NCBI GenBank assembly: GCA_029856125.1
Contig: JAHQWJ010000014.1
Location: forward strand, 32,001-96,000
Length of the DNA: 64,000 bases
Origin: Promethearchaeia archaeon
GTDB taxonomy: Archaea; Asgardarchaeota; Lokiarchaeia; Sigyniarchaeales; SOKP01
Direction of reading: 5' to 3'
In this document: piece after piece, positions 19,205 through 28,782 of the stretch
Layout: every line of letters begins with the position of its first letter
How positions within the stretch are numbered: the first letter of the stretch is position 1
Notes under the pieces: generated by a model
What the model saw: the letters and a program-made list of their open reading frames with translations, nothing else
Told to the model about the DNA's origin: nothing
The model's database searches: none
Made by a program: the position numbers and the translations under genes

Positions 19205-20740
19205 TTAAACGGTTTTTTCAGTAAGAATCAGAGGTTTAGAACCACTTGATCCGTGAGCCGGTGGTGGGATAGTTTTTACGTTTTTCCCAAGCGCGTATAA
19301 TCCAATGACAAAGCCTGTTAAGAGAAACCATACTCCTATAAATGTTATGGTTCGAAAGCCATCGAAATTTTCCAATGGTAGCGGACGTACCATATGTATC
19401 ATTGCGAAAGGAAACGTTAAATTAACTCCGATAAAAAATATCCAACCCAGAATTTGTTTCATCCTTCCTTTAACCTTAAAAAAGTCAATAGCATGTATCA
19501 TCAGAGCCACAGCGATCATCACTGCCAATTGGTGCCAGTGAGCAACGTTAAAATTATATTCCAGCATTACCATATCATGCAATCTATAATAACCGTCTGT
19601 AGTAAGACCAACATAGATTTGAGGGAAAACTAAAATTTCTGCAATGAAAAGAAGGTAATAATACGACAACTTTACAGGTTCCTTAAACAATGCTTTGAGC
19701 CTTGTCCCACGCGATGCGTCTCGGAAATCGTCTCCTAAATGTTCTTTAATAGTGGTCTTCATGCCAACTATTGACATAATAATCGTGACGAGGATCAATA
19801 TCCCTGCTCCCACCCATATTATGTAATGGTTTAGGACCCAAGCACCATAAGACAATGTTATAACGCCAATCGGAGTAATCGCTAAAAGATATGTATAAAG
19901 TTTACCTGACAATTTACTCGTACGGAAGGCGACCAACATTACCATAGCAGCTGATTGAGCAAGCTGTATGTGAAGGTGACCAACTATCATGTCTTGGACG
20001 ATATCATGATGTCCCCCGAATGTTATACCTTTTCTAATGATTGCTTCTGCTAAAAAGGCGATAGGTTCGCGATCTAACCCCCAAATAGTACCAGTAAAGT
20101 TTTCAATAGCGGAGAGAGCGCCATATATTGCCGAAACCATAATGCATATCGCTAAAATTACGAGATTAAAATATTCCAAATTCAACCCACGGAACGTAGA
20201 TCCATCTGGATTACTTTTTGGAAATCTACCTTTCACTGGCCAAGCGGCTATAAGAAATACTATTCCACCGACAAAGCAGAGCAGCATACCGAACGTGAAA
20301 AGCTCGTGGAAAAATCTTAGACGTGTATAGGCAAAAATCATTCCGTTTATACCTACAAGAAATGCACTAGGTATAAAAAGAATTTTTAAAGTTGGTAGCC
20401 ACTTCTGACGGATTTCGTAGTGTTCTAATATCCAGAATACGTTCGCGATAAAAAATGGTAAAGCTAACGAGTGATATATCATGACAAGTCGAGCTGTTCT
20501 TGATATTACGTCGTCGTTAAGCATCCAAGGCCAGATCGGTTCTCCACCAATTAGAACGGTTAAAGGTTCAGAGAAGGTCATATAGAACATTACTTGTATG
20601 AAGACAAATGCAAACATGATAAAGTGTATCTTCTTAAAATGCGTTTCTGGGTCAATTCTCATCTCCTGCGTTTCCATTGAAGTTTCTGCACCAGTTTCCA
20701 TTGGGACTGTTTCCGTTATTTCTGTTTCTATTTTTAACAC
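19205..20740 (-). CDS. 12-TM heme-copper-oxidase-fold homolog, copy 1 (non-canonical)
   Basis: Twelve hydrophobic segments; His in TM2 (YHS), TM6 (GHLH) and TM10 (AHWH), plus FHE and NHY. Confidence 0.6.
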   Translation of the reverse strand: MLKIETEITETVPMETGAETSMETQEMRIDPETHFKKIHFIMFAFVFIQVMFYMTFSEPLTVLIGGEPIWPWMLNDDVISRTARLVMIYHSLALPFFIANVFWILEHYEIRQKWLPTLKILFIPSAFLVGINGMIFAYTRLRFFHELFTFGMLLCFVGGIVFLIAAWPVKGRFPKSNPDGSTFRGLNLEYFNLVILAICIMVSAIYGALSAIENFTGTIWGLDREPIAFLAEAIIRKGITFGGHHDIVQDMIVGHLHIQLAQSAAMVMLVAFRTSKLSGKLYTYLLAITPIGVITLSYGAWVLNHYIIWVGAGILILVTIIMSIVGMKTTIKEHLGDDFRDASRGTRLKALFKEPVKLSYYYLLFIAEILVFPQIYVGLTTDGYYRLHDMVMLEYNFNVAHWHQLAVMIAVALMIHAIDFFKVKGRMKQILGWIFFIGVNLTFPFAMIHMVRPLPLENFDGFRTITFIGVWFLLTGFVIGLYALGKNVKTIPPPAHGSSGSKPLILTEKTV

Positions 20741-21089
20741 CTTAATTTGTAATATAGATTAAAAAAGTATTTTTTTACTAATTAAATAATTATTGATTAA
20801 TATATCTTTTGTTTACCTTACTTTGTAATTTCCTTGAGCTTAGCGTAAAAGAATACGTAATTCAGAAAATAATTTTTATTAACTGCTTATAGAAAAATGG
20901 TAGAATAAAAATTTTTGATAAATTGATGCGTTTTAATCCCTAACATTTTGAATGAATTGAGTTTTATTAGTTCAATTTCATGTTTAGGATGAAGTAACCT
21001 GTAGTTCAAAAAGAAAATTAGTAGATGTCAACAAAAAAAATAAAAAGAAAAAAAAATTTATTGCAAAAATGCTTATTTATAGATTTAAT

Positions 21090-21860
21090 TTAGTCTTCTA
21101 ATTCAATACCCGGAATATTAAAGCCCCATCTTTTAGGAACAAAAGTTCCCCAAGCAAAGAATAGAACAGCTAACAGGTAAATGAATGGAAACGCTGCTAA
21201 GACTATGAATAGATATCCTTCCTCTAGAGGCGCCGCCATTTCAACAAGGGTTGCACCAGCTAATAGAACTCCAACGAGACCCATTAGAACACCTGCTATT
21301 GGGAATGCAAGCGCTGCTTTTCCGTTTTCATCTCTCGTTTGTAATGGAAGCCAAATTATTAAAATTGCACTAGGAACGTGTAAGGCCATTACTAAAATCG
21401 GTACAAGGTATGAGGGAGTGCCAAGAACTATAATCATGTTTTCATTTTTAAAGAATCCTATTACGAGGGACATAACAATTACGTAGTATAAAAGGTAATT
21501 ACCAATTTTATCCTTTTCAGGTTTCACATTTTTCCATAGACCTACGGCAAACAGTCCTACCGTTAATGCAAAAAAGACCGAGTTTACAGGATCAGTAAAA
21601 GTCCAGAAACCGGCGAGTCGGGTAATTGACATGGATCGTACGTCGACAGCAACATAGGTTATAGCGAGATGAGTATTTATCCAAAGCAAAGCGAAAGAGA
21701 TTCCCCAATAGAGATGCTCAGGTTTCCTAGTATTAAGATAGGAAGACAAAAGAAATAACGCAAAAATAACAGAGATAATTGCTGCTATCCATAAGACAAT
21801 CTCAATTGCTTGACCCCATTCATAGAACGAGAATTCCCAGGGAGTTGCAAATAACACCAT
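21090..21860 (-). CDS. Stand-alone 7-TM membrane protein (HisKA_7TM-like)
   Basis: About 7 TM; Y...RKPEHLYWGISF pattern; no cytoplasmic output domain. Confidence 0.5.
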   Translation of the reverse strand: MVLFATPWEFSFYEWGQAIEIVLWIAAIISVIFALFLLSSYLNTRKPEHLYWGISFALLWINTHLAITYVAVDVRSMSITRLAGFWTFTDPVNSVFFALTVGLFAVGLWKNVKPEKDKIGNYLLYYVIVMSLVIGFFKNENMIIVLGTPSYLVPILVMALHVPSAILIIWLPLQTRDENGKAALAFPIAGVLMGLVGVLLAGATLVEMAAPLEEGYLFIVLAAFPFIYLLAVLFFAWGTFVPKRWGFNIPGIELED

Positions 21861-22117
21861 TTTATTTCATCACTTATTTGTTTTTTTTTTAATTTAATTT
21901 TATATTTATTTAAAAAAATTGTTTTTGATGTATTTTTTAAATAATAGTTAATATTAGAAAGAAGGTTCTATATAAAAGTTTGTGATTGAAAGAGCTACTG
22001 AATGATAATTCAAAATAAGAATAAATCTTTAAATAGTAGTTGACATCCTACTATATACTAATAGAAATTTATCTATTAGTTTAAAAAATATACAAAAAAA
22101 ATATATTAAAAAAATAG

Positions 22118-22888
22118 TTGGTGTTTAAAACGCGGATAAAACGATCTGATTTGATATTTAATTTAATAATATTAGCTCTTTTTGCGGTTGTTGCGGCTAC
22201 TCAGCTTTTAAGTGCTTATGGTGCGATATGTGTAGTGTGGGATATTCCTTCAGGTATGCCTTCTCCACCGTTTCCAGCAGACCATACATATTGGGATATG
22301 TTTTCATATGCAGGTACTTTTAGTTGGATTTATCAACCTTCGAATATAATAACCTGGATTATAGCATTTGCTTATGGCTTTTTGATTTACTCGTATTTTA
22401 CAAAAATGCCTTGGAAGCGTTTCTTTATAATTGCTATGGTTGTCGCCTTCTTAGGATTTATTACTGGACTTCTCCCCGCACTTGTCTCAGATACTGCTGG
22501 ATTCAGTGAAGCTTTTGACTTTGGTTCACCAAATTGGGGACGAACAATAGGAAATGCATTAATGTTAGTTGTACTTCTAGCGATGAACTTTGTGCCAAGG
22601 TTAAAGGTAGCAACCAAAAGTTTTATCGAAGAACGAAGTGTAGCTGGACAATATGTAAAACAATTAATTTTAATGTCCTTGTTTTTCTTCTGGTTAGGAG
22701 CTGCCTCATTCCTCGGAACAACTTTTATGGCAAATGCACATGTTGTTGGTGGAATCAATGTTTGGACAACTGTTGATATTCAATTTGTTGGTGGTGTAGT
22801 TACGTCACTCATCGGGGCTTCAATGTTGTCAACCGCCCTGATTTACAATCAAATTCGACCATCTTCAGCACTCATAACAACAAAGTAA
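22118..22888 (+). CDS. Hypothetical polytopic membrane protein
   Basis: About 6 hydrophobic segments, protein-like composition, flanked by a promoter-like AT region and a terminator. Confidence 0.6.
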   Translation: MVFKTRIKRSDLIFNLIILALFAVVAATQLLSAYGAICVVWDIPSGMPSPPFPADHTYWDMFSYAGTFSWIYQPSNIITWIIAFAYGFLIYSYFTKMPWKRFFIIAMVVAFLGFITGLLPALVSDTAGFSEAFDFGSPNWGRTIGNALMLVVLLAMNFVPRLKVATKSFIEERSVAGQYVKQLILMSLFFFWLGAASFLGTTFMANAHVVGGINVWTTVDIQFVGGVVTSLIGASMLSTALIYNQIRPSSALITTK

Positions 22889-22921
22889 ACGCAGTAACAA
22901 AAGAGATATTATTAATAATGT

Positions 22922-23005
22922 AGCATTCCGCAAGTGATTGGAGTGTTTAATTTTTTTTTCTTTTTTTATTTTTTTATTTTTTTATTTTTTCTCATATTTT
23001 TTTTC
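22922..23005 (+). terminator. Hairpin followed by a long T-tract
   Basis: AGCATTCC (22922-29) pairs with GGAGTGTT (22940-47) allowing G-U; about 50 nt of T-rich sequence follows. Confidence 0.6.
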
Positions 23006-23613
23006 AGATGTTTTCTATTCGCCGTTTATTGACTTAAACTATCTATCCAACTATCGAAAAAGAATTGCCTTTTAATTTAATAGCAAGAATATAAAATATT
23101 GGGTCTAAGACGTGTTATTTATTAGTGGTTTTTACATTTTTCAAATACTTCTTTTTATTACATTTAACAATTTCATTATAGTTATAATCTCTTCCTTAGA
23201 GCAATTAATCATACCGAAAATGATTAAATAAGTTTTAAAAATGACTATAATCCATGTTATCTTAACAATTTTTGGATATTGTATCATTCATTAAAAGAAT
23301 TCAAGATAGTTTCTTCTAAAAGAAAATTAGAACAAAGAATTTGAAAAATGGTTGAAAATGTTGTTAATCAATATAGTATTGATGATATTGTATTGGTAAT
23401 TGACTATTCATATGTTAAATCGTAAAATTTGACCTTAATTTTCTCTTTTAACTATAGAAAAGATGGATTATTTGATGATTTATATAAAGAATTATATTTC
23501 GTATTAAAACAAGAGGGAAAAAATTGTGGTATTATGTAAAATTCTAAAACTAATTGTAAGTAAAAAAGTAAGAAAATAAAACAGGTAAAAAAATTTGTTT
23601 ATTTTTAATTTGT

Positions 23614-24297
23614 TTAATGTTTGCCTTTTACTTCTAATTTTGGCGCGTTTTTTTGACCTAACTTCGGTAAGGTAAAAAGTAACACAAGTACTATGATCGT
23701 CGAGACAGTTGCAGGAATTGCAGCTTCAGCGAAGGTTAGATGTGGGTTATAGTATGGTAGTCCAACGTAATAATGCTCTGTTAGGACTCCCCCGAGGGAA
23801 CAAGTAGCAGATAGAGTAATATTAGTCCGACCTTCACCTAGATATGGTACCACTAATCCGGTATTTTTGTCTATCGGTGCATCCTCTACCACTTCTCCGG
23901 TTTTCTGGAGTCCTGGAAGATTAAGGTAATAACGAGCTATTGTGTGTGAGACTGTAATTTCAGTTATATCGGTTGGTTGTTCAGTGTAGACAAACGTATA
24001 ATTAGGCGCTACTGAAGGAAGTACAGCAAGAGCATAATTATCCTGATCATCGTAATATGTGTTATGATCGTGATCTTCCCACACTTGTGTGATATTAACC
24101 CACACTTCGATTGTTATTATATAATGATAATGAGGATCCGAAACTCCGTGGGTATATTGAACGCTAAGTAGTTCCGTATTAGTATCGTATTCCATATCTA
24201 TGTTTATAGGAGGATGCGCTCTCACGTTGAGAACGCTCATCGTAACACCGAGGATTAAAAAAACGGACAAAACATAAAATATTTTTTTTTTTGACAT
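23614..24297 (-). CDS. Exported, C-terminally anchored His-rich metal-binding protein (SOR-like pattern)
   Basis: Signal peptide ending VRA|HPP; YTHGVSDPHYHYI; DHDH; ATCSLGG; C-terminal TM and basic tail. Confidence 0.6.
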   Translation of the reverse strand: MSKKKIFYVLSVFLILGVTMSVLNVRAHPPINIDMEYDTNTELLSVQYTHGVSDPHYHYIITIEVWVNITQVWEDHDHNTYYDDQDNYALAVLPSVAPNYTFVYTEQPTDITEITVSHTIARYYLNLPGLQKTGEVVEDAPIDKNTGLVVPYLGEGRTNITLSATCSLGGVLTEHYYVGLPYYNPHLTFAEAAIPATVSTIIVLVLLFTLPKLGQKNAPKLEVKGKH

Positions 24298-24468
24298 CTT
24301 AATTCGGGTTTTTTTTTAAATTATAAATTTATGAATTGTTAAAATAGTTTAGCAATTTAATATTTTACTTTTTTCAAACCTACTCGACGCTTTAATCACA
24401 TATAAACAATATTTGGTCGTTGAGCAAAAAAAAAAGAAAAGAAAACTGAGTAACACTTTTTAGTATCG

Positions 24469-25881
24469 TTATTCTATAACGAGAGGAATAATATTTTCAG
24501 AGAATTTTTCCCGTTTAAATATTGCCTGGTATACGATTAAGCCTAAGAACAGTAGTACATCAAAAAAGAGAAGGAATAGGCCTCCCAGAATTATGGATTT
24601 TAAAACTAATTCGCCAGCGGCATCGGTTGGTGATCTTAAAAAATAAAAAGCTGCTGCGGGAAAAGCGAGCAACATGCTTGCAAACAATGACCATCCTATG
24701 ATCTTCCGTAATATGTTTTTAGGGATTAAGTTGTGGATTATTAGGCAAAAAACTACGATTGCTCCGAGAGTAATAAGAATGTGGGGGTGTCCAGTAGCAA
24801 AATTGCGTTCAACTACGTAATTAGATAGGTCGCGATAAGTTTCAAGGTCTGCTACGATAACCATGCCAGGTATTACCACAATTATGCCGGCTAAGAAAAA
24901 TGGAACGAACATGCTTAATCTCAATGGGTTTTTTAAAACTGCTGTAATTTTAGAGCTAAGAGAGGAAGAATTATATCCCGAACCGATCTCTTCTTTCGCT
25001 ACTTCTCTCCACCCGTAAACAGCAATTATCACGCCTGTAAACAAAATTAACGCTCGAGCTGGCATTAGAATGGCATTTGCAGCTTTACCCATAACAAGCA
25101 CGAGGAAGTAACCTACTGTCATAGCAATTACACCAGGCAAAAGTAACCAAAGACCAATCTTAGCTAATCTACCTTTAACTCCCGTATATCTAAAAATCAG
25201 AATTAAGACTCCAGTTAACAATAACGCATTCATTAACCGCATGTGGAAACTGGCGAGTTCTTGAAACAATTCCTTGGGAGTCACTCGATCTAAATATGCT
25301 ATTTCCACTAGGAAAAATTGTTCGTCGATTTCCAGCATTATGATTGCAGCGACAGCTCCAAATATTGCAAATACTATCATGCTTCCGATGACAATTACGG
25401 CACTTAAGTGTAGGATATTGAAACCAGCAATTTTAGGAATGTCCCGATAATATTCACTTTCTTTTACTTCTTTTCCAGGAATTAAACCGTAAACCAACAA
25501 CACAGCACAGGCAAATAAGAGGCTAAGACCAACTAAGAACACATGATGTAAAAGAAAATTATCAGAATATGCCCAAAAAATAGCACCAATACCCCCACAA
25601 ATTCCACCTATAGCAGCCATGTACTTAATTGGTTTAATTACCCTCGATCGCATTTCGATTACGTCTAAAAATAAAAGCGTTACAATTCCAATGAACGGCG
25701 TTGACATGGAGTGGTAGGTCATAATTACTCTATGGGCTTTGTGATGCACAACTGGCGTGTAGTAAAAAGGCCAAGCGCTATAAAGCATATGATACGAAAA
25801 CGCAATAGAAAGGTTAATTACGATAATAACTGATAATAGTAAGATAAGTAATTTATTGGAAAATTTCCATTTAATTTCGAT
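24469..25881 (-). CDS. 12-TM heme-copper-oxidase-fold homolog, copy 2 (paralog of 19205..20740)
   Basis: MTYHSMSTP vs MIYHSLALP; LLHHVF; FHMR; ERNFATGHPHIL vs EYNFNVAHWHQL. The frame is open upstream of 25788 and adds TM1; probable ATC start 25881 (or ATT 25875) after AAGGTGA. Confidence 0.6.
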   Translation of the reverse strand: MEIKWKFSNKLLILLLSVIIVINLSIAFSYHMLYSAWPFYYTPVVHHKAHRVIMTYHSMSTPFIGIVTLLFLDVIEMRSRVIKPIKYMAAIGGICGGIGAIFWAYSDNFLLHHVFLVGLSLLFACAVLLVYGLIPGKEVKESEYYRDIPKIAGFNILHLSAVIVIGSMIVFAIFGAVAAIIMLEIDEQFFLVEIAYLDRVTPKELFQELASFHMRLMNALLLTGVLILIFRYTGVKGRLAKIGLWLLLPGVIAMTVGYFLVLVMGKAANAILMPARALILFTGVIIAVYGWREVAKEEIGSGYNSSSLSSKITAVLKNPLRLSMFVPFFLAGIIVVIPGMVIVADLETYRDLSNYVVERNFATGHPHILITLGAIVVFCLIIHNLIPKNILRKIIGWSLFASMLLAFPAAAFYFLRSPTDAAGELVLKSIILGGLFLLFFDVLLFLGLIVYQAIFKREKFSENIIPLVIE

Positions 25882-26143
25882 TGTATTTCACCTTAGTTTT
25901 GATTAATTTATTCATATTTGGTATATCCTACTTTATCTCATTTGATTTATAAAACTAGTTTTAAAATTTTATAAATAGAAGATTTTAATATGAAAAAAAA
26001 AGATCAAGAAGCCCTTACATTACATTTAGTTTATATTTTAGATATTTTTAAATTGCAAGCAAATTGGATAGAAATTTCATTTATTTCTAAAAAATGAACC
26101 AAAATGTAAAAAGACCTTTAGTGATCAATATTAATTACTCTCT

Positions 26144-26590
26144 TTACACTATATGAATTTTCGCATTATACTCTTTATTAATTTGGTTTACAATTTCCCT
26201 TGAGAGTTCTACTTCAGGAAGAAAAAACACGGGACACTCTTGGAGGATTGCTAAGGAAATTGAGTAGCAGTCCGAAATGGCGATTGGATATCTACATTTA
26301 ATATTGGCTGCTTTTTTGAATAACCATGTGTCACCTATAGTGTTCATTATGCTCTCTGTCTTTTTTAAAACCATCTCAGCTTCAGTCATAGATATTTCGC
26401 GACAAGTTATGTAGAATAGTTCTGATTTGATTAAATTATGCCCATAGAGTACTATCTTTGATTCTTGAGTAAAAAGATACTCCTCTAATAAAGAATTAAT
26501 ATCGCGTGCTTCACTTATGAAATAACCAAGTAAAACACTGGTGTCCAAAACTAGATTAGGGGTATTGATTAGAATTTGTCTAATACTCAT
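26144..26590 (-). CDS. vapC: PIN-domain (VapC-like) toxin
   Basis: LVLDTSVL, KSELFY, AISDCY; downstream of a small antitoxin-like gene. Confidence 0.8.
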   Translation of the reverse strand: MSIRQILINTPNLVLDTSVLLGYFISEARDINSLLEEYLFTQESKIVLYGHNLIKSELFYITCREISMTEAEMVLKKTESIMNTIGDTWLFKKAANIKCRYPIAISDCYSISLAILQECPVFFLPEVELSREIVNQINKEYNAKIHIV

Positions 26591-26604
26591 TGAATCACTT
26601 CTGT

Positions 26605-26877
26605 TTATTCTTTAAATGGGGCAAGGTTTTCTTCTTGTTTCAAATCTTTCTTTTTTTCATCTATATAAGACTTCTTTGCGGATTTTGGTAATATTCCTTT
26701 CAAGCTTCTGAATTGTTGTAAATTAGATTTTCTAATCAGGTTCGATGGTTGGCTTTCTATGAGATATCCAATAAGATCGTTATATGTTATAGCTTCCCCT
26801 TTTTGTTCCTCTAATCTTAATTTGATCCTAAATAATAATTTCTTGGTTTCGTCGTCAATTTGAATTGTGGTAGTCAT
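26605..26877 (-). CDS. VapB-like antitoxin
   Basis: MTTTIQIDDETK..L, TYNDLI; 14 nt upstream of the PIN gene. Confidence 0.7.
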   Translation of the reverse strand: MTTTIQIDDETKKLLFRIKLRLEEQKGEAITYNDLIGYLIESQPSNLIRKSNLQQFRSLKGILPKSAKKSYIDEKKKDLKQEENLAPFKE

Positions 26878-27061
26878 ATCATTTTATTTCTATAGAGTTA
26901 TAATAAAAATAGGTCTATAGAATATTTAACTTTAACTATTAATTATCTTTTTAAAATCATTTAAAATCATCAATAGAATCAGCTCTCTTTTTTTCAATAA
27001 AAAAAAAGATTTCAAGTATAATTTAAGAAGGTCACACAAAAGGAAAAAATGTAAAATGAAA

Positions 27062-28300
27062 TTAATCATTTTTAAGATATTTCAAAAGCACTACGAAAAC
27101 AATAGCCATGATTAAGGGAACGATGATTCCTAATGCCAAAGTTAATTGGGCATTAAAAACTTCGTAAACATGAGTCGAAATTGGCGCTCCAATGGCTACT
27201 CCAGCAACTATCAGAGCATAGAATGTTCCTGTTGCTATACCGCTCTCAGAACCCTTGGTTTTCTCTTTAACAGCACCTGCTGAAGAAGGAAAAATCAATC
27301 CATGTCCTAAACCAAGGAAGACCATACCAATCATAGGTATATACATAGGTATTGGTTTTTCTGGGGATATCATGAAAACTCCAAATGCAGATGCTATCAA
27401 CAATAATCCAATTAACATTACTTTGGTGTATCCTATTTTGTCGCTCAATATACCTGCGGGATAATGAATTAGTATCGAAAAGATAACCATTATGCTAAGT
27501 ATCATTCCTGTTTGACCAGCGGTAAAATCTGCGGACTCCAGTATAACCGTATAAGCCGCCGTAACAATTCCCATATTAAACATCATTGCTAACATCGAAA
27601 AGTAAGGACTTATCATAGATTTTCTAAAGACGACTTTTCTAAATTTTTTGATTTCTTTGCGGAAGTTTAATTTCTCTTTAGAGGGTTGATAAATCTCAGG
27701 AAGGAGTAGCGAGGTAAATGACATGATGAATAAAACAATTGCTATTATGAAAAACAAATTGCTTGCTCCAATTATTTGAGCAACTAATCCACCTAACATG
27801 AATCCTACCAAATTTGAAAATCCGATGGACATTCCATATAGTGCCATCCCCCTTCCGCTCCGTTTCTCGGAAGTAGCGTCTGAGATATAAGACATTGTGG
27901 CAGGTCCTCCAAAACCACCCCCTATTCCGTGAATTATTCTTCCAAATAAAAGGAAAAAAGGGTCTTGAGCTAACGCATATAGAAGCATTGATACGCCATC
28001 TAAAAATACTCCGAAAGCTATTAATTTTTTTCTACCGAATTTGTCAACTAACCTTCCAAAGATTAAATTTGAGGGAATATGGACCATAGAGTAAATTCCT
28101 ACAATAAATCCCATGAATAGTAACGAGGCTCCTAAATCTAACGAATACGTAGCAATTATCGGAATTGCTGCGTTGCTGTCGAAATTGACTAAAAATGACA
28201 ACGTAAGTGCTAAAAAAATATGTTTTTTTTCAATTATTAGATTTTTTTGGCTTTTCCCTTCTGCAACATCTAAAGAGGCATGTGAAATCTGTTTTCTCAC
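27062..28300 (-). CDS. MFS transporter
   Basis: GRLVDKFGRKK motif A, GRIIHGIG, GILSDKIG, 12 TM. Confidence 0.93.
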   Translation of the reverse strand: MRKQISHASLDVAEGKSQKNLIIEKKHIFLALTLSFLVNFDSNAAIPIIATYSLDLGASLLFMGFIVGIYSMVHIPSNLIFGRLVDKFGRKKLIAFGVFLDGVSMLLYALAQDPFFLLFGRIIHGIGGGFGGPATMSYISDATSEKRSGRGMALYGMSIGFSNLVGFMLGGLVAQIIGASNLFFIIAIVLFIMSFTSLLLPEIYQPSKEKLNFRKEIKKFRKVVFRKSMISPYFSMLAMMFNMGIVTAAYTVILESADFTAGQTGMILSIMVIFSILIHYPAGILSDKIGYTKVMLIGLLLIASAFGVFMISPEKPIPMYIPMIGMVFLGLGHGLIFPSSAGAVKEKTKGSESGIATGTFYALIVAGVAIGAPISTHVYEVFNAQLTLALGIIVPLIMAIVFVVLLKYLKND

Positions 28301-28416
28301 CAGAAGTATTTTTTTTATTTATTTTCCCGTTAACATTCTGAAATTTCACATCAAAATTAAAATTTTTTATGATAAATCAAATTATTTTATATGTTAGTTT
28401 TTATTATGTTAAGTGA

Positions 28417-28758
28417 ATGAACATGACACCTTCTAATAAGCGCTTAAAACAAGAATACAAAACAATTAAAACTATGATTCGAATGTATTGTAAAAAGGTT
28501 CATGACTGTGAAGAAGGTTTATGTCAAGAATGCTCTGATCTTCTCAATTACGCTGAAGAACGATTAAATAATTGTAAATATGGTGAAGATAAACCCACAT
28601 GTGATACGTGCTCAATTCATTGTTATAAGCCTGATATGAGGGAGAAAATACGAGAGGCTATGCGTTATGCCGGCCCGCGGATGATTTACACGCATCCTAT
28701 TATGGGATTTCGGCACTTGTTTAAAAAAATGAAAAAAAAAGAAAATTTAGTAGACTAA
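28417..28758 (+). CDS. YgbA / nitrous-oxide-stimulated promoter family protein
   Basis: MIRMYC..H, LC.EC, RL..C.YG..KPTC..C..HCYKP, MRYAGPRM. Confidence 0.88.
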   Translation: MNMTPSNKRLKQEYKTIKTMIRMYCKKVHDCEEGLCQECSDLLNYAEERLNNCKYGEDKPTCDTCSIHCYKPDMREKIREAMRYAGPRMIYTHPIMGFRHLFKKMKKKENLVD

Positions 28759-28782
28759 GAATTCCAGAGTTTTGTTTGAATT

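Noticed and set aside
19205-20740. Calling this a canonical cytochrome c/quinol oxidase subunit I or NorB
   Set aside because: It has no HPxVY, no TM7 His-His pair and no subunit II nearby; only a fold-level resemblance is supportable.
23230-23510. Possible decayed ORF (..MVENVVNQYSIDDIVLVIDYS..) in a 725-nt gap
   Set aside because: It has several stops, no recognisable family and no inverted repeats, so a pseudogene or IS call cannot be supported.
23614-24297. Calling this a superoxide reductase
   Set aside because: It lacks the EKH and CxxHG ligands and is predicted to be exported.
26144-26877. VapBC as a marker of a mobile element
   Set aside because: No integrase, transposase, att site or terminal repeat is visible nearby.
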